Of a stretch of 64,000 nt of DNA, positions 50,062 to 63,100 are shown piece after piece. The number at the start of each line of letters is the position of its first letter. The first letter of the stretch is position 1. Both the position numbers and the translations under genes were made by a program. The DNA is taken from NCBI GenBank assembly GCA_965644295.1, contig CBFFRP010000199.1:372001-436000 (forward strand). Direction: 5' to 3'. The notes beneath the pieces were generated by a model. The model worked only from the letters and a program-made list of their open reading frames with translations. It was not told the origin of the DNA and ran no database searches. The DNA comes from Paraphysomonas bandaiensis (taxonomy: Eukaryota; Protista; Chrysophyceae).

Positions 50062-51718
50062 TTACTTCCGCTTCGGATCCCATACCCAAAAGTTTGCTAG
50101 CCATTTCTCACCACGCCAAACCGGTAAGGCAGCATGAAGAGCCAAGTCGTCACCATTCCCATCCTCAAGCAAATTGTAAAATAACACGGCATCTCCCTTC
50201 ACTGGTTTCACCTTAAAACCACCTCCGTGTCCTCCTTTTGGAAATGCCGTCTCACCACCAGCCTGAGGATCCTCTTGGTCCGTTAGATACATTAGCATCG
50301 TAATGTATCGCGACTCGTGGTAGCCGCTTACTCCCCAGTCGTGGTGTGAATCGTACTTTTGGCCATTGACATAGTGCACGATTTGGATGTCCTCCACATT
50401 AGCATTAGTATGCAAAAGCTTTTCGTCAACATTGATTGCGTCGGCTGCTCGACGGAAGAGGGTGTCCACAAGGGCCGAGGTTCTTCGCGGGATCCAAGTA
50501 TTACGAGATGTACGAGTCTCGCTTGATCGTATACCTCCGCCATCGGCAGACCCGACAGTGCTATGTTTGACGCTTTTATTCGCAATGCCAATCAGTGTGT
50601 CCGCCTCGAAATCACTCAGAAAATCAGGAATAATAAACACTTTAGGTGCCACAGATACAACTTCTAGTTCAAGAGAAATAGAATCGCTACTTTGACACTT
50701 AGAATTGGGCCCATTGCATGACCTACAACACATGACATATGTTACCACGACACATAAATACAGTCAAGAGATCGCATCATCACATACCAGTAGCCATTCG
50801 CTGATCGAACCTCATGAGTCTGACCGATCTCCTTGGCATTCCACATGTGGAGTACGGGTGGGGGTCTTGGGCCATTCATATCAAAATTATGTCTCCAGTG
50901 AATTCCGGTTCGCTCCAGGTATTCCTCCATAAATTTTAATTCCTTCGCAGTCTTATCCAAAATATCTTTGGATGCCATATGCTGATCATCATCATACACG
51001 AGGTAAAGAACTTGGTCCGCTACAATAGTATGCCTCGCTAGCTCAAGCTCTTTTTTTCCCTTCACCGTGAAGAAAAAGACGTGACCTTCGTAAGCATTAG
51101 TGGTTGTTTCCTGGCCAGAGCGTAGTTCTCCTTGAGGGCTTCCTTCAGGGGTACCATTGTCGTACCAGATCTCTATTGTACGACTGGATAGGGACCTAAA
51201 TTTCACACTAGTAGCAGTTGTTCTTGGCCCTGGAATATTTTTAACACTGGGATGCTGACGATACGACTTAGACTTATTTTCGATTATAGTTGCCTCCTTA
51301 TTTCTCAGCACCACTTCAGTCTCATCATATGTAATTACGAACTGCATTGCGTTAAATAATACGAGCTAAGACAAGACACTTACAGATTGTAACTCTGATG
51401 GGTCTGATGGATAACGTTTCGCATAGAACTTATGGCCATAAAATGTATTTAGTTGTCCGTTCGACCTGGGCTGCAACTCCATCTGTATATATCATCAGCA
51501 CAGTACAATCAGTCACTGAGGCGTACCATAAATACTCCAGAGCGTCCATCATCGTAGTAAACACTTACGGGAAAGTCAAACTGATTGGATACGATAACAG
51601 TGAGCCCCTGTGGCTGCTGTACGTTCCCATCTATGTCGGATACAGCACTGATTGTTCCATCAGCAGCACAGACAGTCACAGCGGCGATTGCAACGAGAGA
51701 TACAAGTAAGCGGTTCAT
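50062..51718 (-). CDS. Prolyl 4-hydroxylase (plant/algal-type) copy A, signal peptide (about 4 exons)
   Basis: PKVFIIPDFLS, RTS, IQIVHY, HHD, LMYL, GGETAFP, KGDAVLFY, HAALPV..GEKW. Confidence 0.93.
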
Positions 51719-52225
51719 AGTGACTTATATTGAAGTACAATCAACACGCATTCATATGGTTGCTGCTCAAATAGTTGAAATTCAGATGCAATGGGGCTGT
51801 ATATCAACACACCAACCTGACGATATGACATTGTGATCATGTCTGCAGAGACACTCGCTGTACGTATCGCTCTATAGTCCATACTGCCGCATACATACAG
51901 CAGTACACATAGAGTACATGCGTACACTCGTATACAGTAGTATAATTATCCCAACGAACTTAAGTTCAACGTACACAGTACATAATACGTGTATACCGGC
52001 TCCCTACACATATATACGCAGCACAGTAGTAGTTGTGATAGGAGTATGTGGACGTATACGGCGGTATACGGCACACGGTCCTCTAGACATGTGCTCTGTA
52101 CAGAGTGTTGTACACAGCAGGAGTCTCATTGCAGCCATCTCTCCATGTCTACAGATGGATACACCAACACAGAGAGTTGTCGCCTCCTCTAGGTAGATCC
52201 TGCATGTGACGCACTGAGATCGCCT

Positions 52226-53897
52226 ATGAATCGAGTGGATGCACTGGTGCTGATGGTGTCTCTAGCAGTGGCTCTGTACAGTGTCAGTCATGTCAGTGAT
52301 AGAAAGCTCATAGGGGAGGGAGAAGAACGCGTTGCTGATGGAGAGATTCTCAAGACTGTTAATATAATGAACCGCAACAACTTTACAGTGTTTTTGTTTT
52401 ATGTTCATGAAGCCTCTGAAACATTCATAGTATGATGTGATCACTGCTGGTCTCAGTCCTGCTCTTATGTGGTATTAACAGGCAGCAATCCATAGCAAGG
52501 AATCTTTGATGCTTGATACTTATACCGGACATCGATTTTATGTCAAACTGTCAAGCAGTGATAGTAAAGTGGTTTCAATGGTATGTCACGTTTTAGTATT
52601 GATTGTAGTATCGTGAAGCTACGTTTCAGTTTATTGTCGATGAGAATTGTCGGGACATATCACTCAGCTTCCAATTTCCTATAATTCGAGATAGTATTAA
52701 GACGAAAACTCGACGCCACCCAAGCGTTATAGATATAACTACTGTGCAACCGACTGCTACCAGCGTGAATTTCAAGTCATTGTCAAGCCGAGATATTGTA
52801 ATTTGGTTTGGAGATTCTCCTGGGGTTAACTATCAAGGCACATTACACCCAGAAGCAGAAACATCCTTGACTGCGTACTTGTACCAAAAATTTACTTTTA
52901 CAGAAAAAGGAAATAAGAGCAATGTCATATCGAAGTGTATAATTTTACCAGACCAGCCCCTATACATTGTTCGTGATGATAAGAACCACCAACCATCACA
53001 ACAGAGTAAAGAAGAAACAGAAAAGCGATTACAATATATGAATGAATACCTGGAGCGAACCGGAATTCACTGGAGACATAATTTTGATATGAATGGCCCA
53101 AGACCCCCACCCGTACTCCACATGTGGAATGCCAAGGAGATCGGTCAGACTCATGAGGTTCGATCAGCGAATGGCTACTGGTATGTGCTGATGCGATCTC
53201 TTGACTGTATTTATGTGTCGTGGTAACATATGTCATGTGTTGTAGGTCATGCAATGGGCCCAATTCTAAGTGTCAAAGTAGCGATTCTATTTCTCTTGAA
53301 CTAGAAGTTGTATCTGTGGCACCTAAAGTGTTTATTATTCCTGATTTTCTGAGTGATTTCGAGGCGGACACACTGATTGGCATTGCGAATAAAAGCGTCA
53401 AATACAGTACCATAGGTGACTTTGAAGATAAAGTTGAAAGTGAGACTCGTACATCTCGTAATACTTGGATCCCGCGAAGAACCTCGGCCCTTGTGGACAC
53501 CCTCTTCCGTCGAGCAGCCGACGCAATCAATGTTGACGAAAAGCTTTTGCATACTAATGCTAATGTGGAGGACATCCAAATCGTGCACTATGTCAATGGC
53601 CAAAAGTACGATTCACACCACGACTGGGGAGTAAGCGGCTACCACGAGTCGCGATACATTACGATGCTAATGTATCTAACGGACCAAGAGGGTCCTCAGG
53701 CTGGTGGTGAGACGGAATTTCCGAAAGGACACGGAGGTGGTTTTAAGGTGAAACCAGTGAAGGGAGATGCCGTGTTATTTTACAATTTGCTTGAGGATGG
53801 GAATGGTGACGACTTGGCTCTTCATGCTGCCTTGCCGGTGTGGCGTGGTGAGAAATGGCTAGCAAACTTTTGGGTATGGGACCCTTTTGTTTTTTAA
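52226..53897 (+). CDS. Prolyl 4-hydroxylase copy B, signal peptide (about 4 exons)
   Basis: Same catalytic motifs as copy A. The 3' 840 bp are near-identical to copy A in inverted orientation. Confidence 0.93.
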
Positions 53898-54209
53898 TTG
53901 TGCATTTTAATGCTTTTTTTCGTGTAGTATACCTATAGTATAGATAGTATATCTTTCTGTCTAGTGAGTGTTTGCCGTAAATTGTATTAACCACACATTG
54001 TGAAAAATATCCGAGTAACATTTTGTAACAACAAAGGTATTCTGATGATGCGAGTGCAGTGTTGCTCCCAATAACTTGTTGCTATGGTACATTGTAAGTT
54101 TCAGGGGTTTAATTTATTTCATACTGTAACGAAACTTTACTTTCCTAACTTAATTCGTTTATGTTATTGTCTCTGTCACTTTGTATGAGTTGTGTAGTGT
54201 ATGTAGTAC

Positions 54210-55260
54210 CAGGGCTGCGTATCAATTAATTGACGCAGGTTGTAGTCAATTATAATTGCAATTATTACTTGCTGTCTCAATTTCAACTATTGCAATGAAC
54301 TGCAATTAATTGCAATTATTTAGTACTAAAATATATTGAAAATTGCTCATTTTAAGCTAGATCACAGAAAGAATTTGTCTTAAGACTAGATAGAATTATT
54401 AATATCGTTTACACGAAGTTGTGATAACCAACACTAACTCATTATAATCCATGCATAATATCCTACATATGCTAACCTCTCGTTACTGAACATATCTTGA
54501 AAGATCAAACTATTTCAGTTTCTCAATATCATCTCAGCATTTGTACATCACTATATTTCACTGTATTCTCGTACATTGTCTTCAAGTGACATACTGAATA
54601 TACTAGAATAAGATCCATATTCTAATAAAATACACTAGCTGCGAATATAGCTACCTTAACTGTCATTTCATTCCAGAGGCAACGATTCATGCGTAAAAAC
54701 ATAATTAGCACTAAATGTTGAGGAGTCAAGCTCTTGAGCAAGCCCGTCATAACAATCGTAGCTCTACTGAACAACCTCTCAGCCTTATTGGTTGTGCTAT
54801 GCAAGTGTTTCATACAGGGCATAATATACATGTATATACTCTGTATATAGGTGGATAGTCCTACAATTAGATTCTTAACACGTTGGAACCAAACTCGAAT
54901 GATTAGATAGAAGCAAGTAGCGATCAATCACGGAAAATGTGGAGCCACTTTTCCTGCAGGACAAATCTCTATCGCAGCCTCCTCGTTATTATTATCATCA
55001 TTATTTACTTTCTCAAATAACACTCGTGCAATGACTTCTGGTGCCAATATGTCGCTCCTATCGCAAATTAATTAAGTGAATTACTATGTGAGAAAATCCA
55101 GGTGGGTTTTTTAATATCAATTAATTGTAATTAATTGACAATTAATTGAAGCTAGCTGGAGTCAATTATAATTGCAATTATGAATCGATGTCCCAATTTC
55201 AATAATTGACAATTAATTTCAATTAAATAAAAATCAACAATTAATTGATACGCAGCCCTG
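54210..55260 (-). mobile_element. Internally deleted hAT element, family A
   Basis: Perfect 23-bp TIRs cagggctgcgtatcaattaattg and a perfect 8-bp TSD tgtagtac. A hAT dimerisation-domain remnant, STTNKAERLFSRA...SLTPQHLVLIMFLRMNRCLW, lies at about 54650-54800 (-). Confidence 0.95.
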
Positions 55261-55272
55261 TGTAGTACTATA

Positions 55273-55338
55273 CAGCAAGTCATAATTGCAATTATAATTG
55301 ACTGCAACCCGCGTCAATTAATTGATACGCAGCCCAGG
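55273..55338 (-). mobile_element. Solo inverted copy of the family A left end
   Basis: Reverse complement ctgggctgcgtatcaattaattgacgcgggttgcagtcaattataattgcaattatgacttgctg matches 54210-54275. Confidence 0.85.
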
Positions 55339-55713
55339 TGTATATCATAAAGAGTTGCTTATAGAACGATTTTTACATAATTTAGTTCACGATAGTACGC
55401 GTCGTGTATTTACTTATCATGCGTATTATAGTTGTTGCGTTGTACTAATGCATATATCTTGGTTGTACACACGAGTGTGTCCCATATATATTTTCAAGTG
55501 CAAGATAGGTCACATTTTCAAAAGAATTTTTAATAAAATATATTACAAAATAAATTTAAGTAACACAGAAATACGATGATATTTTTCGCATGCTATCCAT
55601 TCGAAAATAAAGGACGCACGGAAACACCAAAAATTGCAGTACAACATTAAAATTGCGCACAAGAAACCGGCGCGGAAATCGTAGGTGTCAATATCCTTTC
55701 ATTGGATTATAAA

Positions 55714-56721
55714 TCAAATATTGGTTATGCTATTTTTAAGGAAAACTATATCACCACCATCCGTGTGATCACACAAGAAAGTGATACCGGACATGGCTTC
55801 GGCAATTGCAATTCGTGAGAGAAATATACGAAGAGCTACATGATACAATACCCTATCAAAATTTAAATATTCGGTTTGAAGAGTGACAATATCTTCCCTG
55901 CTCATAATATTATCAGGGTGCACAGCGTGTTTGGCTCTGTTTATAATGGGCCCCTGTGCGGTGGCCTTAGGAAGCAATCTGCAGTCGCACTCTTTGTGTA
56001 AATGAAGCTGCCCAAGCTGATAAGAGAGTAAGCAGAGAGATGCCCTAAAGTATCCGGTGATACCAAAGAAAAACACTTCGTTTTGCAGGAAAGCTAAGGC
56101 ATGTGTCAAATTCGGAGAATTTGTCGCACTGAATACGCGCGTCTGCATGTTTCTAATATCATAATGACGGCAAGGTGGAATTACACCATTATCAGAATCA
56201 AATATCTGACGCATTGTCTTGCACGCCATTTGAACTCTATTACTACGTTTACTACTTCTTGCCATGTGAGTTAAGGCAGACACTGCATGATCAACAGGAT
56301 CTCGTATCATTGTAATCAAAGTTATATTGGGATTGTGCAGCCCATTCAATGTCCTCTGAATATCACCACCAACAGCAACTTCGCAAGATAAGTAGGACAT
56401 GTGCGGATTATTGTCGAAAGAAATCATAACTTGAGGATCAATATCGCGACAAGCAAACATCTTATTTCCTCTTGCAATAAGCCCATGAGTCCTGTCGCCG
56501 CACTCAAATGCAGTGTACATTGTGTTTCCTCCTGTTTTGGGAATGTGAACATGAAAGAACATCGTCGTAGGATAGCTGATACTGTTGTAGTATAAATGAT
56601 ACTTCGAGCAGCTGCTGTTACGAATAAGATCACCTGTGGGAGATATATGAGGCTCTGGACCCCTGCAATAGACCCTGCACAACATGCAGATCAACAATGT
56701 AACAAATGAACTGGATGACAT
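55714..56721 (-). CDS. Golgi-type carbohydrate sulfotransferase with signal/anchor
   Basis: 5'-PSB motif FFHVHIPKTGGNT, 3'-PB motif TMIRDPVDHAVS, NMQTR, FFGIT..F..SLCLL, N.DRVLY. Confidence 0.85.
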   Translation of the reverse strand: MSSSSFVTLLICMLCRVYCRGPEPHISPTGDLIRNSSCSKYHLYYNSISYPTTMFFHVHIPKTGGNTMYTAFECGDRTHGLIARGNKMFACRDIDPQVMISFDNNPHMSYLSCEVAVGGDIQRTLNGLHNPNITLITMIRDPVDHAVSALTHMARSSKRSNRVQMACKTMRQIFDSDNGVIPPCRHYDIRNMQTRVFSATNSPNLTHALAFLQNEVFFFGITGYFRASLCLLSYQLGQLHLHKECDCRLLPKATAQGPIINRAKHAVHPDNIMSREDIVTLQTEYLNFDRVLYHVALRIFLSRIAIAEAMSGITFLCDHTDGGDIVFLKNSITNI

Positions 56722-58110
56722 GATGTGGACTTCAAGATTAATCATAAGGTGACATGGCAGCAGGGTGAGATAAGATTTGGTGTATATGGTAGGCTCACAA
56801 CTCAGTGTAGATGGGGCCTGGACGGTGCAGTCTGTGCTGGTGTACACTGACAGCCATAAGGAGTATGCATGTGTGTATGTGCAGGAGAGAGCAAATTCGC
56901 TTACAGAATAGAAGAGTGATATTTGTGTAAACCTCGCTCTTCTGGGTAAAATCCCTACTTTTCTTCAAAATTTATATTTTTTGAGGACAACATTCATGGG
57001 AATTCCTGGCATTTTAATTATTAACACTGTGGTTTCCTTTTTATAGTGTGTGGTTTGCTTTTTATAGTGCACGGTGTGCGTTGGACTGATACCGAATCTC
57101 TATAACACCCACAGTCTACTATCAACCCCATCAAATCTATGAAATACGTGGTTATCGTGTACTTCGCTTTATCACCTCTCTCGTTTTCTTTCTCTGTGCC
57201 CCTATGTGGCAAAGGGTGTTATACAATCATGCTGTGGTGCTGTTGATGTACAGGGTATATGCCCTTTAGTATGACTGGGCTTGTATAACTCACGTACTTC
57301 TTGGTGAACTGTTCATTTTCCCGCCCGCTACTCCTTATGATTTCAGTGTGCAGTTAAATAGTGTAATTGAAAGGAAACAACTGTATCCAGTGAATATCAT
57401 CAACATAAGCCACGCTGTAGGTCTCCAATGCCATCTAAATGTCGTATTTAGAAATAGGCATGTAAGCGTTAAAACTAAACATAAATCTACCTAGTATTTA
57501 ATACTAATATCCCCAATGCCATCTAGAACTTCTGATGACAGGCAATTTTACGAGAAAGCTCTCAGCAAAGGAATCTTTCCCGCAGTAGTGAAAGAATACT
57601 TTTAACAATAAAACTTCAGATTATTTACGTACGACAATGGTTTGACGACAGCAAATGATACCAGAAAAAATGCGTATAGAAATGCCAGCTCAAACAGCAA
57701 CGTTTACAACGAAGAAGAAATAACATAGGAAAATTTAAGTTCTCATTTCAAGTAGAAATTCAATTGTCGTATTGAGAATCATTCGTTTGATTTCTTCAAA
57801 TGACATATATTCATGACATATGTATGAATCAAGTTGAAATTTATGAATTCTCAGGTAATCTTTATAACATTGTCAGAATAGACCGTCTTCGGTTTGCTGC
57901 GATATCACATCTAGCAATTATACCTGCCATTTTATTATACTCTAAACAATGCAACATCACTTTCGCTACCAATTTGAAACCTAACTACCACATACTTGAC
58001 ATTAATTACTATTCACAATCTATCTGGGCCGGCTCAAATAACATATTTACTCATAGCAGTATTCAACTGTACCAAATTAATAACACTGCGACCATAACAG
58101 GACAATATCA

Positions 58111-59534
58111 TCAGTCATCAAAATAAAATTCATTTGATAATGAAGATTTCTTGTGTATTCCCTGCTCTCCTTCAGTTTCATCCATGTCTTGTCGAATACT
58201 GTGCAAGTGTTTAAAGCATTTCAAATATAACCACACAATTATACACACCTATTAATGATAGACAAAAGTTGCTCATATAAATTCACCAATGCCACCCTCG
58301 TTGTACTTACCACGCCGTACTGCTGATTAATACTGCATACAAGAGTTTATATTTTCAGCCACAACAACTAATATATCCCATAGTGCACCTTGAAAGTTGA
58401 AAAGAAAGCTTCCCTAAAAATGATTCAAGATTTCTCCAGAGAGCTACTTCGCTTGCAGCGTCTTTGACCTCACCCAGTGCGCTCACCACAGAGTGTCCAA
58501 TATACCTATATATGACAGGCGCATAAAATTAAAACGCACTCCAGTGTCACGAAGGGTTAGTGTACCTGACTAAATCCCCTTGTGAACTGCGGCGAGTAGC
58601 GGTCTGGCAAAGGACCAATATTGTGACTAGGGAAGTAATCCACCCGGGGACTAGAGGAATCACTTTCGCAAGAGCCCAACCCATGTATCCCCCTGCTATT
58701 GACACACCAGCTAGACTCTGCACCATATCAAAAGGAGGATCAGCTGGAACATCTCGTCGGTATCTACGAAACAGATATCAATGTATATACAGCACTAGCA
58801 TGCTCATAACACGCACGTCCAAGGATTTTCAACAGGAGGGAAAGGGTGGCGTCGGCGCACAGCGAAAGCAGCCGTCACCTATTATGTAAAGGAATTATAT
58901 TATAAATGATTAAAACCATATCAGACACACATATTGAAATAGTTTTGGGGCAAATGTTGATTGACGAATGCGCTGAAGAAGAAGAATAGCCATTACACCA
59001 AGCGACCGAGATACGCTAGCAAATTCTCCTGATCCAAAGCAACTCATTCCAAATAGCGAGGACAACACTGCCACAAGAGTTCCAGATGGCTTGGAGAAAA
59101 AAAACTAAATATATGAATAAGCTTATCCTTTATACATGATATTTATTACCGAAAGAAAGAACGAAGTAATTACGCTGCCTGACAAAGCAGATGCAAAAGA
59201 AACGAGTGCCCTAGATTTCATCGAGCTTGAATAGTCGTCTACAATATCCGACAAGTATATACTCTCATCATCACTACTCACTATAATATTTAATTGATCA
59301 GGCCAAGATATTACAGAGAAACGGAAGTCTTTACGTACACTTGTTGGTCTTGTCGAATGGAGTGTTTACGCGATCCATATTTCTGCTGCTATACTTGCTT
59401 CCGTGCAAATGATTTCGAGTAAATTTGTTAGGCTTTCTTTGAGGAGGAAAGTTCATGCTGTGAGAGCGAATGGGTCGAACCGACGAAACATTTCGGCAAA
59501 GCACTGCAGCTAATAGCACTATGCTGAGCTTCAT
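58111..59534 (-). CDS. Uncharacterised multi-pass membrane protein with signal peptide (many exons)
   Basis: Start MKLSIVLLAAVLCRNVSS. Spliced exons give hydrophobic segments plus RRRHPFPPVENPW, IPLVPGWITSLV and GDLVRYIG. The 3' end is uncertain. Confidence 0.6.
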
Positions 59535-60108
59535 GCCAGTAAATTCACAATATGTATATGCAAAGCCACTAAGAGAGTGATATATGCAGCCAGATATATG
59601 TACGAATCGCGTTTATTGTGTAGCCCTTGCTGAAAGCAATAACAATCACACTTATGGCAATTGCAATGAGCTTGCAGGAAGGAGTCTGTGTCACGGACGT
59701 TAAGAGGGATTTCAAAGTCTGGACAGAGGTCTGGTATACAGTGAACTACCTCCGTATAAGGTAGTTCTGAGTGAGACACAGCGTACTGCTGTATTTATCA
59801 TAGGCATACTATGGCATACAGTAGGTACACTTCGTACATACAGCAGACAGCAGGCTGTACTCCTGCACATATATGTATATAACGGCTGGTACGGTACCAC
59901 ATAGCGGCTTCTTTCACTTCAAACTTCAGCTTCGAAGTTCGAGTAAGTGATTTCTCATTACTGAGCGGCACAGTGCAGTGCAGTGCAGTGCGTGGTGTGT
60001 TAGTGATATGTACCTATAGAGGTATACATCTATAGAGCTATAGACATATATATATATACTGTGAGTGCGAGTTGAGGGCTGCCTATCCACATCCACACAG
60101 CACACAAC

Positions 60109-63100
60109 ATGATGAGATTAAGGTCTCGTGATAGAGGCCGAGGGGCTGCTGTTAACCCGAAGAGAATGATAATAAAGATAACCTCGAAGACCATATCAGT
60201 CCGGTACACAGACATGCAGGTGCACTCTCTGTATTAACACTGTACCACAGGAATGAACCGTCTCGTCACGGCCTGATAGTGTGTCAGCTCCAGCAGGACT
60301 TTATCGTACAGGTTGTGGACGACTGTGAGGTCGATGAAATCAAGTGGCTTAAGATTAACTCTGGATGGATATGTAGCCGTGATTCGAATGGCTCATTGTG
60401 CTACACAGGTTACGATATTTCATATGCAACATAGTACACGTGTGCTAATATACATATGTGCGCATCGCAGCTTCTCATGAGGTTGAGGCGAATAAGTTTT
60501 GGGCGGGTGAAAATGTGAACCGAAGGCGCGTGGCATCAGCGATATCACAGGTCCGATTGAAGTGATACGTTATTGTGTACGTGATATATTGTGTGTGTTG
60601 CCAGTTACTCGCTAAAGGACATAGCCTGACTAATGCAAGACGTGTGAGCAATTTGCTGTTCAAGCAATCCAACCAGTATGTCAAAAACTTGAAGCCTCTC
60701 ACGAATTTACCAGATGTAAGCATTGAGGACTTGGTAATAGCACTATCTACATCCACAGGATTGAAAGCCGTGGAGATATTCGAGTTCATGAAAGTTGCTG
60801 CTTCACAGCAGTCAGACCCGCCAAAATCTTTGATTGAAATGGCGACTCAGGTAAATGACACTATTAACCTCCGGCCTTCTCTTTGGGTTCAAAATGATCT
60901 CGGAGTTCTGGACACTGTCGACGTGGTGATGAAGAATGACATCTTTGTGATGGCGTGTGCCCGGAATGACACGAAAAAATTCGACGAATGTCTTGCTAAA
61001 GGCCAGGAATTGGCTGCTATTCACTCGGACCTGAAATATACGGGCTTGCATGCAGCTGCAGATTTTGGGGCAATTGACATTGTTAGGCGGCTGCTGTCTA
61101 CTGGAATATCTCCCAACGTTCGAGACGCTCGACACGGCCGTACCGCTCTTCACTTTGCGGCACAGAGTGGCCGTTGTGAAATTGCTGTTTTATTGCTTGA
61201 GAAAGGAGCAGACAGGTCTTTGACATGTTTCTCTGGTCTGTTACCATGCGAAATTGCAGATGACCAAGGACATGCTGAATGTCGTGAAATACTCAAGCAA
61301 GTACCTCCGGAGATTCAGTACGGACAGGTTATCAATTGCACGGATACAACAATCACTCTCGAATGGGCGCCGCCTGTTACGATTCCGCATCTTCACGCAA
61401 AAATCGACGAGTTCATGGTTATTCATGAGCCGATCGACCCCAAACACGGACCAGCACAGAGATTTACGACGAAAGAAAGAACCCTAACTGTCCGAAACCT
61501 GTCTGCATCCACTGGACATGGATTTGTTATACTGAGTCATTCAGTGTCTGGATGGTCCAAAGCTTCAGTGAAGCTTATTCACTTTACCCTTCCGTCTGCC
61601 CCAAGCAAACCTGCACAAGTGGAACTGCTCAAGGTAATTCACTGCTCATCGCTGCTGCCGTGTGTATGCGATAATTGGAGGGTTCTTTGAACTTCAGATT
61701 TTTGTGATTTTCGAAATGTATACGGATCTCATATGTATTACAGGTGACGAAGAATGGTATATTGATAGCATGGCAACCCCCGGAGTATGAAAATGGCGGC
61801 CCCATAGATCTGTATCAGATCGAGATGACAGACAAAGATATGATAGTTGCGGATTATTCTGGAACAGACTCAGATGATGATGAGTCGAGACAAACAGAAG
61901 ATGATAGTCGTAATGCACCTCCCGCGTTTTTGAAAGATGGACGGTGTGATCGATCGGATTCTTCGTCGTCATTGCAGTCAACATTCTCCACGTCCAACAT
62001 CTACACACCCAGTGGCGAAGTGTTGCCGCGAACACTGACGTTTGAATGTGATGATGAATCGGTTGGTGGTGGAAAAAGAGGGGATGGTAGCAAGTGGCAT
62101 AGACTGATTAAGCACAGAGACATATCTAATTTAAGCAAATATGTTATGGGATTAGAGACTTATCGGAACTACTACTTTCGATGCAGTTGTAGAAACGAAT
62201 TCGGATGGAGCCCGTGGGGTGAATGGATTGGCCCTTTCACTCCGCAAGAGGGTGTGAGAGTAAGGCAGTTTGGTGATACATGGATTCGCCTAGGATGGGT
62301 GGAACCTCGTCTCGGGCAGCACCGATCTGTAGACCAGTATGAAGTGCAGATGGCAATGCCTTCTGGTCCCATGACTTCTTCAGTTAGTGTGTACGAATCT
62401 AAAGCCACTCGAAAAAATACGAAAGCTGCAAAGTTTGAATTCACAACTATAGAGACAGAGTGCCCCGAGTCTGAAATGGTAGTTCGAGACCTTAAACCTG
62501 GAAAGAAGTATCAGTTCAGAGTTCGTCCAATGATTAGCGGGGAGTGGGTAGATTGGGATCTGTGTGTCGTCTCAGATGTAATCACAATGCCTTCAACAGC
62601 GCCTGATGTACCCCGCAATTGCCGAATAATGAGGCGTATTGTGGATGCGGACGAAGAAAGTAAGCCTGCCTTTACTAAAGATGTTATCGCAGAAGATACA
62701 CAGAGTAGCATGTCTGTACGTGAGGAGTCTGATACTAAAACTGAGGACGAAGATGATAGTGCCAGTGATGCATCGGGTCCTGCTTCTTCTGGGACTTGTA
62801 ATGGTCAACAGGAAGGAAAATCTGACCAAGCATCCGCAGTATCGATGGAATCTGAGATTGAGGATATTCATGCATATTTGGCTGATCAAAATACGGAGCT
62901 CGCTGTTACACATAACAGCATCGATATTGAATGGGTTAACGGAGTTCCGAATGGCTCTGCAATACAAGAGTGCGAAGTACAGTGTTGCAAAGTAAGAGAG
63001 TACATGGTGGATGACCTAGACAAGGCAAAGTTTGCAGCTGGCCGTGAGGAATCATTCGATGAAATCGTGTATGGTACCCATCAAGACAGAGCTCTGAATT

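Noticed and set aside
56950-58100. Short ORFs in the sulfotransferase-to-membrane-protein gap, and likewise at 10900-11500 and 49100-49950
   Set aside because: AT-rich with no motif support. Probably old TE debris that I cannot classify.
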